A stretch of 64,000 nucleotides of DNA, from contig CAIUPO010000107.1 of assembly GCA_903901055.1 (NCBI GenBank), positions 12,707-76,706 on the forward strand, given 5' to 3'. The notes under the pieces were generated by a model that was given only the letters and a program-made list of their open reading frames with translations, did no database searches and had not been told where the DNA came from. The DNA is from an uncultured Bacteroidota bacterium. Lineage in GTDB: Bacteria > Bacteroidota > Bacteroidia > JABEUT01. How positions within the stretch are numbered: the stretch's first letter is position 1; the number at the start of each line of letters is the position of its first letter. Position numbers and translations under genes: made by a program. Of the stretch, positions 35,944 to 47,100 are shown piece after piece.

Positions 35944-36399
35944 ATGAAAAAATTAATCTTACTCACCGCTGTTAGCTTTCAGCTATTGACTATCAGCTTT
36001 CAAAGCAAAGCACAAGATGTTGCGACAGACCCGAATGCACCTGTTATTAAATTTGTACAGGACACTATTGACTATGGAACCATTCCGCACAATGCAGATG
36101 GAAACCGCACTTTTAAATTTACAAATGCAGGGAAAGAGCCACTACTGATTAAGGATGTTAAGACTGTATGCGGTTGTACAGTTCCAAAATCATGGCCGAA
36201 AGAGCCAATTCAGCCAGGAGGTTCGGGTGAGATAGTGGTTCACTATGCTACCGACAGGATTGGTGCACTTCTGAAAAACATTACTGTTCTGAGCAATTCT
36301 TCCAATGCAAATAAAGTTCTAACGATAAAAGGAAATGTGCTGCCCGATGCAACTGCGAAAGCTTTTCCGCCTGATTCTCCTGCTCCGGCTGCCAAGTAA
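35944..36399 (+). CDS. DUF1573-domain secreted protein, paralog 2
   Basis: Same motif set (VCGCTVPKSWPKEPIQPGGSGEIVVHY) and a near-identical 5' UTR and start region. Confidence 0.6.
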   Translation: MKKLILLTAVSFQLLTISFQSKAQDVATDPNAPVIKFVQDTIDYGTIPHNADGNRTFKFTNAGKEPLLIKDVKTVCGCTVPKSWPKEPIQPGGSGEIVVHYATDRIGALLKNITVLSNSSNANKVLTIKGNVLPDATAKAFPPDSPAPAAK

Positions 36400-36419
36400 A
36401 TTAGATTACAACATAAAGA

Positions 36420-36455
36420 GGGGTAGCTAATTAATTAGCTGCCCTTCCTTATTTT
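36420..36455. terminator. palindromic terminator GGGGTAGCTAATTAATTAGCTGCCC plus T-tract
   Basis: Perfect 12-bp arms around AATT, then TTCCTTATTTT. A weaker homolog lies at 35793..35828. Confidence 0.45.
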
Positions 36456-37747
36456 CAATATATCGAATAGTAATAAATATCGTCATCAATAATAACTGCC
36501 AATTTTGTTGATGAAAATGGAATAACGTTAGTGGAGGTGATACTTTTGTTTTTTCGCAATTTTGTTTTCAGCGTTTTCTTTCCGTTGGAAACAAGCAAAT
36601 AATAGGCTGATTTGCTTTGGTCGCTCGGAGAATAGCAATTGATAATTGAAGTTTCCCACTTTCCACCAGGTAATATTGTTGCCCGCATTGGGAGATAAAC
36701 CGGCCATGTTGTAGTAGCAGCAAACTCAGGAATTTCATCTTTCATATTAATACCATTTTCATACTCGCCATCTGAAAGAGAATAAAATTTTGTTTTACTT
36801 ACCCCCTGAACATTGTAAAAACTACAAACATATTTATGCAAGCTATTCATAATGCTTACATCATCGGTGTAATCAGGTAACTCATGCTTCCAGTAATTTT
36901 TGCCGCTATAATTCATGGCATAAATCCAGGTAGCACGTTCACTATACATTTGCGCATAAACCAGAAACATAGTATCATTCACGTTTGCTGTTCCAATACC
37001 CCATGAGCTTGTTTCAGCAGGCATATCTACTATGGTTTCGAATAGTTTGCCCTTACTTAGTGAATATTTTTGGACAGTCAGAATAGATGATTGCTTAGTC
37101 CAGTTTACAATAAATACCTTGTCATCATCAATAAATGAAATATCCGATTCACTGTGTGGTTCACGGATTGTGGCAATTTTCTTCAACGTGCTGTCATAAA
37201 AATTAATGTACAGGCTATCTCCTTTTTTCAACGTTTGAGTAAGATGGAATATTCCTTTTTCCGATGTATGGCAAGATGTAGATGAGCCCATTTTACGGGA
37301 AGGAAAAATAATTGAATCGGTGCAGTGCAAACCTTTTGTTGTAACAGAATAAATTCTGAAAATACTATCACCTTCATCTTCCGTAATAATTTTTTTCCGG
37401 CTCAAAAATTCGCAAAACTCACCGGGCCCAAGATTGAAAGAATTTTTCATTCCCAGAATTTGAAGTGCATACTTCACTTCAGCTGGTGGTGGCGGAGGAG
37501 GAACGTATTTAGTTGTATCCCTCGGTTCATCATTTCCTGCTGCAATTTCATATACTATATTTTCTTTCGGCTGAAGTTTATAAATGTAAACAGAAGGCAC
37601 ATAAGGAGTTTTTTTAGAGAACTCTATGTCGGTAATATGTTTGCCGTAATTAAGTGTTTGGGTAAGATGCAGAGCTTGGGAATTACAAATAAAGGGCCCA
37701 ATTAGAGCAACTAATATAATTAGTTTTTTTCCGATTTCCGATTTCAT
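36455..37747 (-). CDS. hypothetical secreted protein
   Basis: 430 aa with a signal peptide and a PPPPPPAE run. No motif recognised. Confidence 0.35.
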   Translation of the reverse strand: MKSEIGKKLIILVALIGPFICNSQALHLTQTLNYGKHITDIEFSKKTPYVPSVYIYKLQPKENIVYEIAAGNDEPRDTTKYVPPPPPPAEVKYALQILGMKNSFNLGPGEFCEFLSRKKIITEDEGDSIFRIYSVTTKGLHCTDSIIFPSRKMGSSTSCHTSEKGIFHLTQTLKKGDSLYINFYDSTLKKIATIREPHSESDISFIDDDKVFIVNWTKQSSILTVQKYSLSKGKLFETIVDMPAETSSWGIGTANVNDTMFLVYAQMYSERATWIYAMNYSGKNYWKHELPDYTDDVSIMNSLHKYVCSFYNVQGVSKTKFYSLSDGEYENGINMKDEIPEFAATTTWPVYLPMRATILPGGKWETSIINCYSPSDQSKSAYYLLVSNGKKTLKTKLRKNKSITSTNVIPFSSTKLAVIIDDDIYYYSIY

Positions 37748-37768
37748 GTTCTGTATAAAGGCTTATGC

Positions 37769-38578
37769 TTAGTAATATACTATTGTCCGCTCGGTCAGGG
37801 TATTTTCCACCAAAGGCATATTAATCATAGTGGTATATTTTTTAATCCAATTGCCATGCGTGTCGAATTCATATTTAAATGTCCAGTGGGTATGAGTATT
37901 ATCAACCGGGCTACTCTCATCAGCCTCAATGGGGTTGCCATTTTCGTCATATTTAAAAATCTTTTTTCCCAGCAGATTGTCCCCTTTATCACTTCGGGTT
38001 TCATCTTCCAGAATATTTCCTTTTCCATCGGTTTTAATATTCTGTTTGTAACTAAGGTCTTTGAACCCATATACGTCAATACTAATCAAGTTTCCTTTTT
38101 CATCGTAATTGGAAATTTCTTTACCGGTCATGGTAAGCTTTGATTCCTTTTCAGGCCGTAGAATGTCCTTTTCTATTATCACGCCATTATCAAGGCATAG
38201 ATAAATATTTCTTTCTGTAGTTGTGCTTTGGTCACCTGTATAAAAATTATCTTCCTTATTACCTTGTTCATTTATATTGGCTTCGGAACGTGAACTGGCA
38301 ATATCATCCGGTGTATACACAGCTCCTTTTAATTTCCGCCCGGCGGTATCGAATTCAAAGTATTCATTCCCTGTTACATCTTTTGACAATTTTCGCAATT
38401 GCCCAAAAAGTGAATCTACCTTATACGTATTGTCGCGTATAGATTTCACGTTGCCTTTAAGGTTCATTTCTGAGCGTGTTAACAGCTTTTTATAAGCGGC
38501 ACTCCATTCTGATTTTTTGCCTTTGCAGGAAATCAATAAAATAAAAAGTGCGAGAGGTAGTAATAATTTATATTTCAT
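37769..38578 (-). CDS. hypothetical lipoprotein with YD-like (Y/F-D-x-x-G-N) short repeats
   Basis: LLISCKGK lipobox. Repeats YDEKGNLISID, DGKGNILEDE, YDENGNPIEAD, FDTHGNWIKKY. Confidence 0.35.
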   Translation of the reverse strand: MKYKLLLPLALFILLISCKGKKSEWSAAYKKLLTRSEMNLKGNVKSIRDNTYKVDSLFGQLRKLSKDVTGNEYFEFDTAGRKLKGAVYTPDDIASSRSEANINEQGNKEDNFYTGDQSTTTERNIYLCLDNGVIIEKDILRPEKESKLTMTGKEISNYDEKGNLISIDVYGFKDLSYKQNIKTDGKGNILEDETRSDKGDNLLGKKIFKYDENGNPIEADESSPVDNTHTHWTFKYEFDTHGNWIKKYTTMINMPLVENTLTERTIVYY

Positions 38579-38665
38579 CGGCTTTAGAATTACTCATTGT
38601 ATAAAACAGCGTAAAGGTAATAACTATAGCGGATTCTCATTAATACCGATAACCAAGATAATCTC

Positions 38666-39214
38666 TCACTTAGAACTCACAAAATCAATCCACAAATAAT
38701 CATTCACTGTCGGGTCGACAAAATATTTTTCTCCTGTTTTTTTATTTTCAATCACATTAAAATCGTGGTCTTTGAAGAATGCAGAATGCAAATGTTTGTT
38801 GATGTTCGCCCCAAATAATTGCTGCTGTCCAACTAATGACAAGCTATTCCAATCATATTCATATTCTGTGAGGAGATAATTACATGTTGAATTAAAAAAT
38901 GCAGAGTACCCAATGCAGTTTGTTTTTTGTGAATGAATAAGGCTATTTGGATTGTATTCACATTTTGAGGTGGTGAAACTCAACTCATCGGAAGTTATTT
39001 TCAAGGAGAGTTTAATAATATCTTCAACGGAATTAATTTTTGTATCCTTTTTTTTGCTGTCAACAAAATCCCTGAATGCCTTGTCCGGCGTATAAGATTG
39101 ACGATAGTCAAGAATAGTGTAATTAACACAATGTCTGTAGAGCCATCCCCTGAAAATGACAATAATTGCAAGGGAACAGACGAGTACTAGAAAAATACGT
39201 TTTACGTTTTTCAA
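38666..39214 (-). CDS. membrane-anchored transglutaminase-like (Cys-His-Asp) superfamily protein
   Basis: N-terminal TM. NCIGYSAFFNSTCNYL (Cys core), HLHSAFFKDHD and GEKYFVDPT resemble the TGase-like motifs C..[FY][AS]..F / H.W / DPT. Confidence 0.45.
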   Translation of the reverse strand: MKNVKRIFLVLVCSLAIIVIFRGWLYRHCVNYTILDYRQSYTPDKAFRDFVDSKKKDTKINSVEDIIKLSLKITSDELSFTTSKCEYNPNSLIHSQKTNCIGYSAFFNSTCNYLLTEYEYDWNSLSLVGQQQLFGANINKHLHSAFFKDHDFNVIENKKTGEKYFVDPTVNDYLWIDFVSSK

Positions 39215-39810
39215 CTTTTTGAAAGAGTAGTGCGATTAAAAAGAAAGTAAGATATAAGGTCAACTATAAACTTTGCCCCGACCAGAATAAAAGCATAAAA
39301 ATCCTCGACAGGCATCATTTTTTTCTTAAAGCAGACAGTAGAAAATACCAGAGCAGCAAGAATCATAATTCTCCCGTAAGGAGCGAAAAAGAAATCATCG
39401 GGTTTTGTTGTATGGTAAATTCCAGTCATAATATAGCTGGAGTAAAAGTTTGCAAGGCAGGCAATCATAAGCGAAATGAATGCAAGTTTGAAATCAAAAT
39501 TCCAGAAATCGAGTTTATGAATATCTATCACAAAACTTAAGGTTACGATGCTGAGAATAAAGATAAACGCAAAATAATGCAGGCAGAAAAAGAGAATGAT
39601 TTTTGTTTTAGTGGTTGAGGTAGGAACGCCGATGCTGTCTGATTTTTTCTCTGCCAGTGCCATTTTCAGCACATTAAAAAAACCAACCATGAAACATTCC
39701 ATTAAAAAGACCAGGATTATCTGGTAGATGTTCCATCCTAAAAAGCATACACCAATAATGGTTATGGAATTAATAAGAAACAACGTTAAAATTGGAGCAA
39801 GTTTCTTCAT
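39211..39810 (-). CDS. polytopic membrane protein (hypothetical)
   Basis: 199 aa with about 6 TM helices. 4-nt overlap (ATGA) with the downstream gene, so likely an operon. Confidence 0.4.
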   Translation of the reverse strand: MKKLAPILTLFLINSITIIGVCFLGWNIYQIILVFLMECFMVGFFNVLKMALAEKKSDSIGVPTSTTKTKIILFFCLHYFAFIFILSIVTLSFVIDIHKLDFWNFDFKLAFISLMIACLANFYSSYIMTGIYHTTKPDDFFFAPYGRIMILAALVFSTVCFKKKMMPVEDFYAFILVGAKFIVDLISYFLFNRTTLSKS

Positions 39811-39814
39811 TTAT

Positions 39815-40972
39815 TTATTCCTTTTTAAACGTCCATGTGTAAATATCAAAAAGCTTTGCGTCCGGATTTTCATCTACAGCTTTTTGAAATATTGCATCGC
39901 AGTCATCTGTTGTGCAATCGAAAAACAAGGGTTGATCTTGCCAAAAGTCACTACCTCTGTCACCTTTTAATACCGGGTTCCATATCTTACTATATGCCCG
40001 CTCCTGCACTTGGTCCATAGTCATATCCGGGTCCGCTATAATAATCCAACGATGCAATTCTAAAGTTGGCATGGATGTAGTGTCCTGGTCAACAATTTGC
40101 CCTTTTGAAACTCTTCTCACTAAATAAATATATTTCTTATGGTCAGGTGCACGAGCAAATTCTTTTGTAGCAACATCGCCTGTTCCACATAAATTCAGGT
40201 CGGTTTTAAATTCTGTATGACGATCATCAAGTACGCCATAAACCTCTAATAAATCATTCTTGTTTGGAATACATTTAATGGTATTATCATTAAAATACAA
40301 TATACGCAAGGAGGATGGTATATGTGGAATCGCAGTTAGATTATTGCCTAATACATTCAGTGAAGAAAGCCCTTCAGGCAAATCGGGCAGGGAAGTCAAA
40401 TTACACCAGTTGGCATTGATACTTATGATTGATGAAGGGAGCGCCGGAAGTGATGCAAGCGGGTTGGAACTGCAATTTAATATCTGCAAGCCGGAAGGGA
40501 GAGAAGGCAAAGTCTTTAATTCGTCATCGTTGCACCAAAGCTCCGTAAGCCCTGAAGGCAATTCCGGCAACTCCTCGATATTACAATGGGTGCAATAAAG
40601 CTTAATAAGAGAAGATGGCAATGGCGGTAATTTAGGTCCCCAGTTATATTCAATGGTCAGATATTGCAAGGATGTAAACCCTTCAATACCTTCCAGGTTA
40701 TGGTTCTCAATTAAATTTCCCCCAACAACCAAAGTGCTGAGTTTAGCTGCAGGAGGCAAAAGGTTTCCCGCAGTATCAATACATTCCGGACATTGTTGCA
40801 CGATTGCTTTATAAAAATACGGATCCTTGACGGGTATGGGTTTTGCAGGGGGAGCTGGCGGTTGTGCCTTATGAAGGCTGCTAACAGATTTTTTTGAACG
40901 TTGCTGTGCGCATAGTGTAAGAGAAATGAAGAATGAGAAAAAAAGAATGAATGGGGATTTCATAAAACTCAT
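39815..40972 (-). CDS. secreted leucine-rich-repeat protein (bacterial LPxLPxxL-type LRR) with unknown C-terminal domain
   Basis: Signal peptide. At least 6 repeats of about 20 aa, LP.LPSGL..L.C..N.L(T/A)SLP, as in IpaH/YopM/SspH-type LRRs. The C-terminal ~170 aa are unassigned. Confidence 0.6.
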   Translation of the reverse strand: MSFMKSPFILFFSFFISLTLCAQQRSKKSVSSLHKAQPPAPPAKPIPVKDPYFYKAIVQQCPECIDTAGNLLPPAAKLSTLVVGGNLIENHNLEGIEGFTSLQYLTIEYNWGPKLPPLPSSLIKLYCTHCNIEELPELPSGLTELWCNDDELKTLPSLPSGLQILNCSSNPLASLPALPSSIISINANWCNLTSLPDLPEGLSSLNVLGNNLTAIPHIPSSLRILYFNDNTIKCIPNKNDLLEVYGVLDDRHTEFKTDLNLCGTGDVATKEFARAPDHKKYIYLVRRVSKGQIVDQDTTSMPTLELHRWIIIADPDMTMDQVQERAYSKIWNPVLKGDRGSDFWQDQPLFFDCTTDDCDAIFQKAVDENPDAKLFDIYTWTFKKE

Positions 40973-41157
40973 GGCGATTTTTGAATCAAAAATAATAAAT
41001 TAAATGCTTTGATTTTAGAATTGAACATATTGCATTGTAATGTTAAAGATAGTTAAAACGTGTCAGTACTCGCATAAAAGGCAACCATACACAATTTACA
41101 GCCTATAATTTCCGTTAATATTGCATTATAGAAGTTATCATATTTCCGTACCACAAA

Positions 41158-44100
41158 ATGAAAAAACTATTCCTCCTTATCGCATTTCTGCTTTCAATTT
41201 TCAACTTTCAATTTTCAACATCTCTTTCAGCGCAAGATGATCCTTTCTATAAAGAAGATTGGAAGAAAGTGGAAGCATATACTAAGAAAAACCTGATGCG
41301 CTCTGCCATTGCCAAAACCGATAGTATTTACCGGAAAGCAAGAAAAGCAAATAACACAGCAGAGGTTGTGAAATCTATCATTTTCCGGATGAATTATGAG
41401 TATGGTGTAGATGATTCTGCTACCGAAAAATGGATTTATAAATTGAAAGGAGACATAAAAGCAGCACACTGTCCCGAGAAGCAATTACTCTCCTCGCTGC
41501 TCGCCGAAATGTATTGGAGCTATTATGAAAAAAACCGTTACCGTTTTTATTACCGCACGGAAACAATCAACTTTAAGGATGACGATATAAGTACATGGGA
41601 TATTACAAAAATTGTAAAAGAAGCTTTGGCCTGTTATAAGGCTTCGCTTGAAAATTCTGATAGTTTGAAAATGATTGACATTGATAAATTTGATGTGATA
41701 TTAAATAAAGGAAACGCCACAGAACTGCGCCCTAAACTGTATGATTTTCTTGCCCATCGCGCCCTAACATTTTATGAAAGCAGCGAACCGGAAATAAGCA
41801 GACCTGCTGTTCAATTTAGTTTGAATGATGCAATATATTTAACGGATTATACTAAATTAACTAAATTAACAATAACAACAGATGACTCACTCTCGCTGAA
41901 ATTTTATGCTTTGCAAACCTTGCAACAATTATTAGCTTTCCATTCTACAAATAATGCTAAGGATATTGCCCCGCTTATTGATGTGGATCTGGAACGCCTT
42001 CATTTCGTCCTGCAGCAGGCTGCCAATATGGAAAACAAAGACAGCTCATTCGTAAGTGCCTTACGAAACCTGAGAGATAGATTTAAGTCAGACCCGGCAT
42101 CTACCGAAGTAGATTATCAACTGGCTATGTTTTATTATTCGAATGCTACTTATAAGCCGGCAACGCCTGACAATACAAGGTGGTTCAGGAAAAAAGCTTT
42201 AATAATTTGTGAAGCCTCCGTAAAGCGTTTTCCTGAATCGTATGGTGCTGAAATGTGTAAGGATCTTGAAGTCTCTATAAAGCAAAAATCTACTTCTTTT
42301 TCTCTTCCTCAAGTTAATATTCCAGGGAAACCATTTCCTCTTGTGCTCCAGTTTCAGAATATGGACAAGGCTTACATCCGGATAATAAAAGTAAGTCCGG
42401 AAAAGTATGAGGAGGAATATGGTTATGAATACTATAACAAGCTTCCTAAGGAGTGGTCAACTATTGTTCCTGTCAAGGAATGGACAGTTGATTTACCAAA
42501 GGAAACCGATTACCAAACGCATTCAACAGAAGTGGAGATGCCAGCACTTGCACCGGGGTTTTATATGGTGCTCGTTTCACCGAACAATAAGTTTACATGT
42601 AACAAAAACCTGGTGGCTTACAAAGGTTGCTGGTCAAGTAATTTAAGTTATGTTGTGCGTACACAAAATGACGGCACAAAAGAATTTACTGTGCTTGACA
42701 GAACTACCGGAGTGTCTTTGAAGGGAGTACATGCACAGGTTTTGTATAATAGCGAATATGATTATTCTACACGTCATTACAAATCAACAAAAGGGCCTTT
42801 GCTTATTACAGATGCAGACGGACATTGCATATTGCATCCGCGCAAAGACCACTATGACAATATGAAACTTGACGTTACCAATGGCAAAGACCGCTTTCTG
42901 GATTTTGAGTCGACATACATGTATGATTATAGCTATAACGCCAAGAAAGAATGGCGTCCTGTTTCCTGTTTCTTTACTGACAGGGCTATTTACCGCCCCG
43001 GGCAGACGGTTTATTTCAAAGGTATTTTATTAAAAACAGATGGAGATAAAAGTTATCTTGACTCAAATACGGCTACCGAAGTTGTCTTATATGATGTGAA
43101 TTATCAGAAGGTGACAAGCCTAAATTTGGTTTCAGATGCGTATGGTTCGGTTAGCGGAACATTCGTGCTTCCTATGGGATTGTTGAATGGTACCATGCGA
43201 ATTTATGACGGGCGGGGAACAAAATATATACAGGTGGAAGATTACAAACGCCCGAAATTTTATGTGAGTTTAGATACGGTGAAAGGCAATTTCAGGTTAG
43301 GTGAAACGGTTAACATTACTGGCACTGCAAAGGGATACAATGGTGCAAGTATTGATGGTGCAACTGTAAAATACCGTGTTGAACGGAGAGAAAATATTCC
43401 ATGGTGGTACAGTTTTTACTGGGGACGATATAATTCCTCGGGCTCAACTCCAACAGAAATTACAAATGGAACAATTACCTCCAACGACACAGGTGGAATA
43501 GCATTTAATTTTAAGGCGCTGCCTGATATAAATGAATCGAAAATATATAACCCATCATTTGTATTTACAATTTATGTTGATGTAACCGATGCTAATGGCG
43601 AAACACACAGCACACAAACCGATGTACAGGTTGGATATACTGCCATTTCGCTGGATGTTCAGCTTCCGCAAAGGCTTGATAAAACCGGAACTGATACTTT
43701 CAAAATTGAAACAACAAATATGCAGGGGAGTAAAGTTTTTGCTTCTGGAAATATTGTAATCTATAGGTTACAGGAGCCCAAAACCATTTATCGTAGCCGT
43801 CTTTGGAGTATGCCTGATACATTTATTTACAATAAGCAGCAATGGGATACAGCTTTTCCCGGCGACGCTTACCGGAATGAAGATGAAGTTATAAATTATC
43901 CCAAAGGAGAAAAAGTGCTGGAGCAAAGTTTCAATACCGGAGATAAGAGGATGTTTATTATTCCTTCTGTTTCGGGCTGGCAGCAAGGAACCTATGTAAT
44001 GGAAGCTCATACAAAAGATGCCTACGGACAGGATGTAAGAGACTTGAAATATTTTACAGTTTATTCTCCTGTAGATAAAAATATCCCTACAAATACACCG

Positions 44101-47100
44101 GACGATTTCAGTGTAATTAAGAACTATTGCGAGCCCGGAGAAAAGGCAAAATTCCTGATTGGTTCAGCGTATGATAATGTGACCGTGATGTATGAAATAG
44201 AAAAGAAAAATAAGATTGTTCATCACGAATGGCTTACCTTAAACCATGAACAACGTATGATTGAAATACCTGTCGAAGACAGCGACCGGGGCGGATTCGG
44301 AGTGCATTTTGTATTTGTGAAAAACAATCGCGTATATACCCACGATGGTAATGTGAATGTAAGCTGGGCCAATAAAAACCTGACATTGAAATTTGAATCA
44401 TTCCGCAATAAATTATTGCCAGGGCAAAAAGAAGAATGGAAAATAAAAGTGAAAGACTACAAAGGGCAAAAAGCGAATGCACAAATGATGGCGACCTTGT
44501 ATGACGCTTCATTGGATGAGTTTGCAACAAATGGCTGGTCGTTGGATATATATCCCTATTATGGGGCAAGTTTATACTGGTCGGACCCCCGTATTTTCGG
44601 TTCATTTGATGCATGGGCATGTGCTGACGATTGGTACAGCTATAGTAAGCGAACATTTTATCGTTCTTATGATCAATTAATTTCCGCCGGATATTATTAT
44701 ACAGCATACACCAATGCTTATACCTGGTCATGGGATTACGGCGGGAGCGCAGGATACAGGGAAAGGATGGTTACAAGAGGGGGCTCATACAAGTCATTAG
44801 AATTGCAAGATGAAGTTGTAAACGCAAAAATGGACAATAAGATTGCAGCAGGCAATATTACTACGATTGCTACCGGAAGTACAACTGCAGCAGCTACCCC
44901 TGCAGCGCAGAGTCAACCTGATGAAGCCCGATATTTAATAGTTAAAGGAGAGAAAAAATCAGGAGGTAAGCATGAGGATTTCAGGGGGGGCGATGGTGAA
45001 GATGATAAAGATGTTGAAGGAGGAAAAGAAGGCAAGGATCTTTCTAATGTTGCAGCCCGTGCGAATTTTAATGAGACTGCATTTTTCTATCCAACATTGA
45101 ATACCGATGACAGTGGAAATGTGGTGATTCAATTTACTGTGCCGGAGGCTACAACCAAATGGAAAATGATGGGTATGGCACATTCAAAAGATTTGAAAAT
45201 CGGGTATATTCAAAATCAACTTATTACGCAAAAAGATTTAATGGTTACTCCAAATGCTCCACGTTTTTTACGGGAAAGTGATACTATTAACTTTACATCC
45301 AAAATAACAGATTTAGCTGATAAAGATTTAACAGGAGCTGTGCAATTATATCTGTATGATGCACTTGATATGTCCCAAATGGATCCCTCGGGAAAAGATA
45401 TCACAACTCAATTTTTATCAAAGCAGACGCAGCAAACGTTCTCTGTAAAGAAAGGCCAGAGCACTGTTGTTACATGGCAATTGATTATTCCAAAAGGCGT
45501 TGATGCTGTCACATATAAAGTAGTTGCACAAGCCGGAAATTATAGTGACGGAGAACAAAATACTTTGCCAATACTCACCAACAGTATGCTCGTTACTGAA
45601 TCCATTCCGCTATCAGTAAGAGGAAAACAAAAACGCACTTTCACATTTAATAAATTGCTCAATCAGAACAATCATTCCACTACGTTGAGAAATCAGAAAG
45701 TGACGTTGGAATTTACGGCTAATCCGGCATGGTATGCTATACAGGCATTGCCTTATATTATGGAGTATCCATATGAATGTGCCGAGCAAACTTTCGACCG
45801 TTTTTATGCTAACAGTATTGCTTCGAACATTGCAAATTCATCACCGAAAATAAAAGCAGTTTTCGAAAGTTGGAAGAACCGTTCACCTGATGCATTTTTA
45901 TCGAACCTTGAAAAAAATCAGGAGTTGAAATCGCTTATGCTGGAAGAAACTCCTTGGGTGCTTGAAGCAAAAGATGAATCGGAAAGGAAGAAAAGAGTGG
46001 GCTTGTTATTCGACCTGAATAAAATGAGCAATGAATTAGCCGCTGCACTTAATAAGTTAGAAAAGAAACAACTCTATAACGGAGGCTGGTCGTGGTTTCC
46101 GGGTATGCCTGCTGACAGATATATGACGCAATATACCATCACAGGTTTTGGTCATTTGGATCATCTTGGAATAAAAAATGTACGGGGTGATAACCGGGTT
46201 TGGAACATGGTTTATAAAGGAGTTCAATTTATGGATGAGCGGATTAAAGATGATTACAACTGGATATTAAAATACGATCCGAAAAATGTTGATAAGAACC
46301 ATCTGGATTATGAAGCGATACAGTATCTCTACACCAGAAGCTATTTCAAAGACATTCCTGTAAGTTCCTCTAACCAGGCAGCATTTGATTATTATAAAGG
46401 ACAGGCACAAAAGTACTGGGCCAAGGAAAATAGTAATTACATGGAAGGCATGATTGCACTTGCGTTATGCCGTTATGGGGATAAGAAAACAGCATCAGAT
46501 ATTATGGCTTCATTAAAAGAAAATGCTACTAACCGCGAAGAGATGGGAATGTATTGGGCAGGCGACGAAGAAGGATATAACTGGTACAACTCAAACATAG
46601 AAGAACACGCTTTAATGATTGAAGCATTCGATGAAGTTAGTAACGACCAAAAATCAGTTGAGGCATTGAAAGTATGGTTGCTGCGTAGCAAGCAAACACA
46701 GGATTGGGGAACTACTAAAGCTACCGCTGAGGCTTGCTATTCCTTGCTGTTGAAGGGTAGTGATATTTTGGCAAGGGAGCCACGCATCGATATTAACGTT
46801 GGAGATAAAAAAATAAAACTGGCTCCTTCGGGAGATTCTGTTGAGCATGGAGAAGCAGGCACAGGCTACTTCAAAACATCATGGACAGGCAGCGACATAA
46901 AACCTGAAATGGGAAATATTACAGTCTCGAAAAGTGATTCAGGATTGAGTTATGGGGCAGTGTACTGGCAGTATTTTGAGCAGTTGGATAAAATTACTCC
47001 GCATAAAACTCCGTTGAGTATTGATAAGAAATTGTTTGTGGAAAGAGTAACTCCATCAGGATTAGTAATGGAACCAATCACATCATCCACACATTTGAAA

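Noticed and set aside
44234-44731. 165-aa minus-strand ORF
   Set aside because: It is antisense inside the 2090-aa A2M-like gene.
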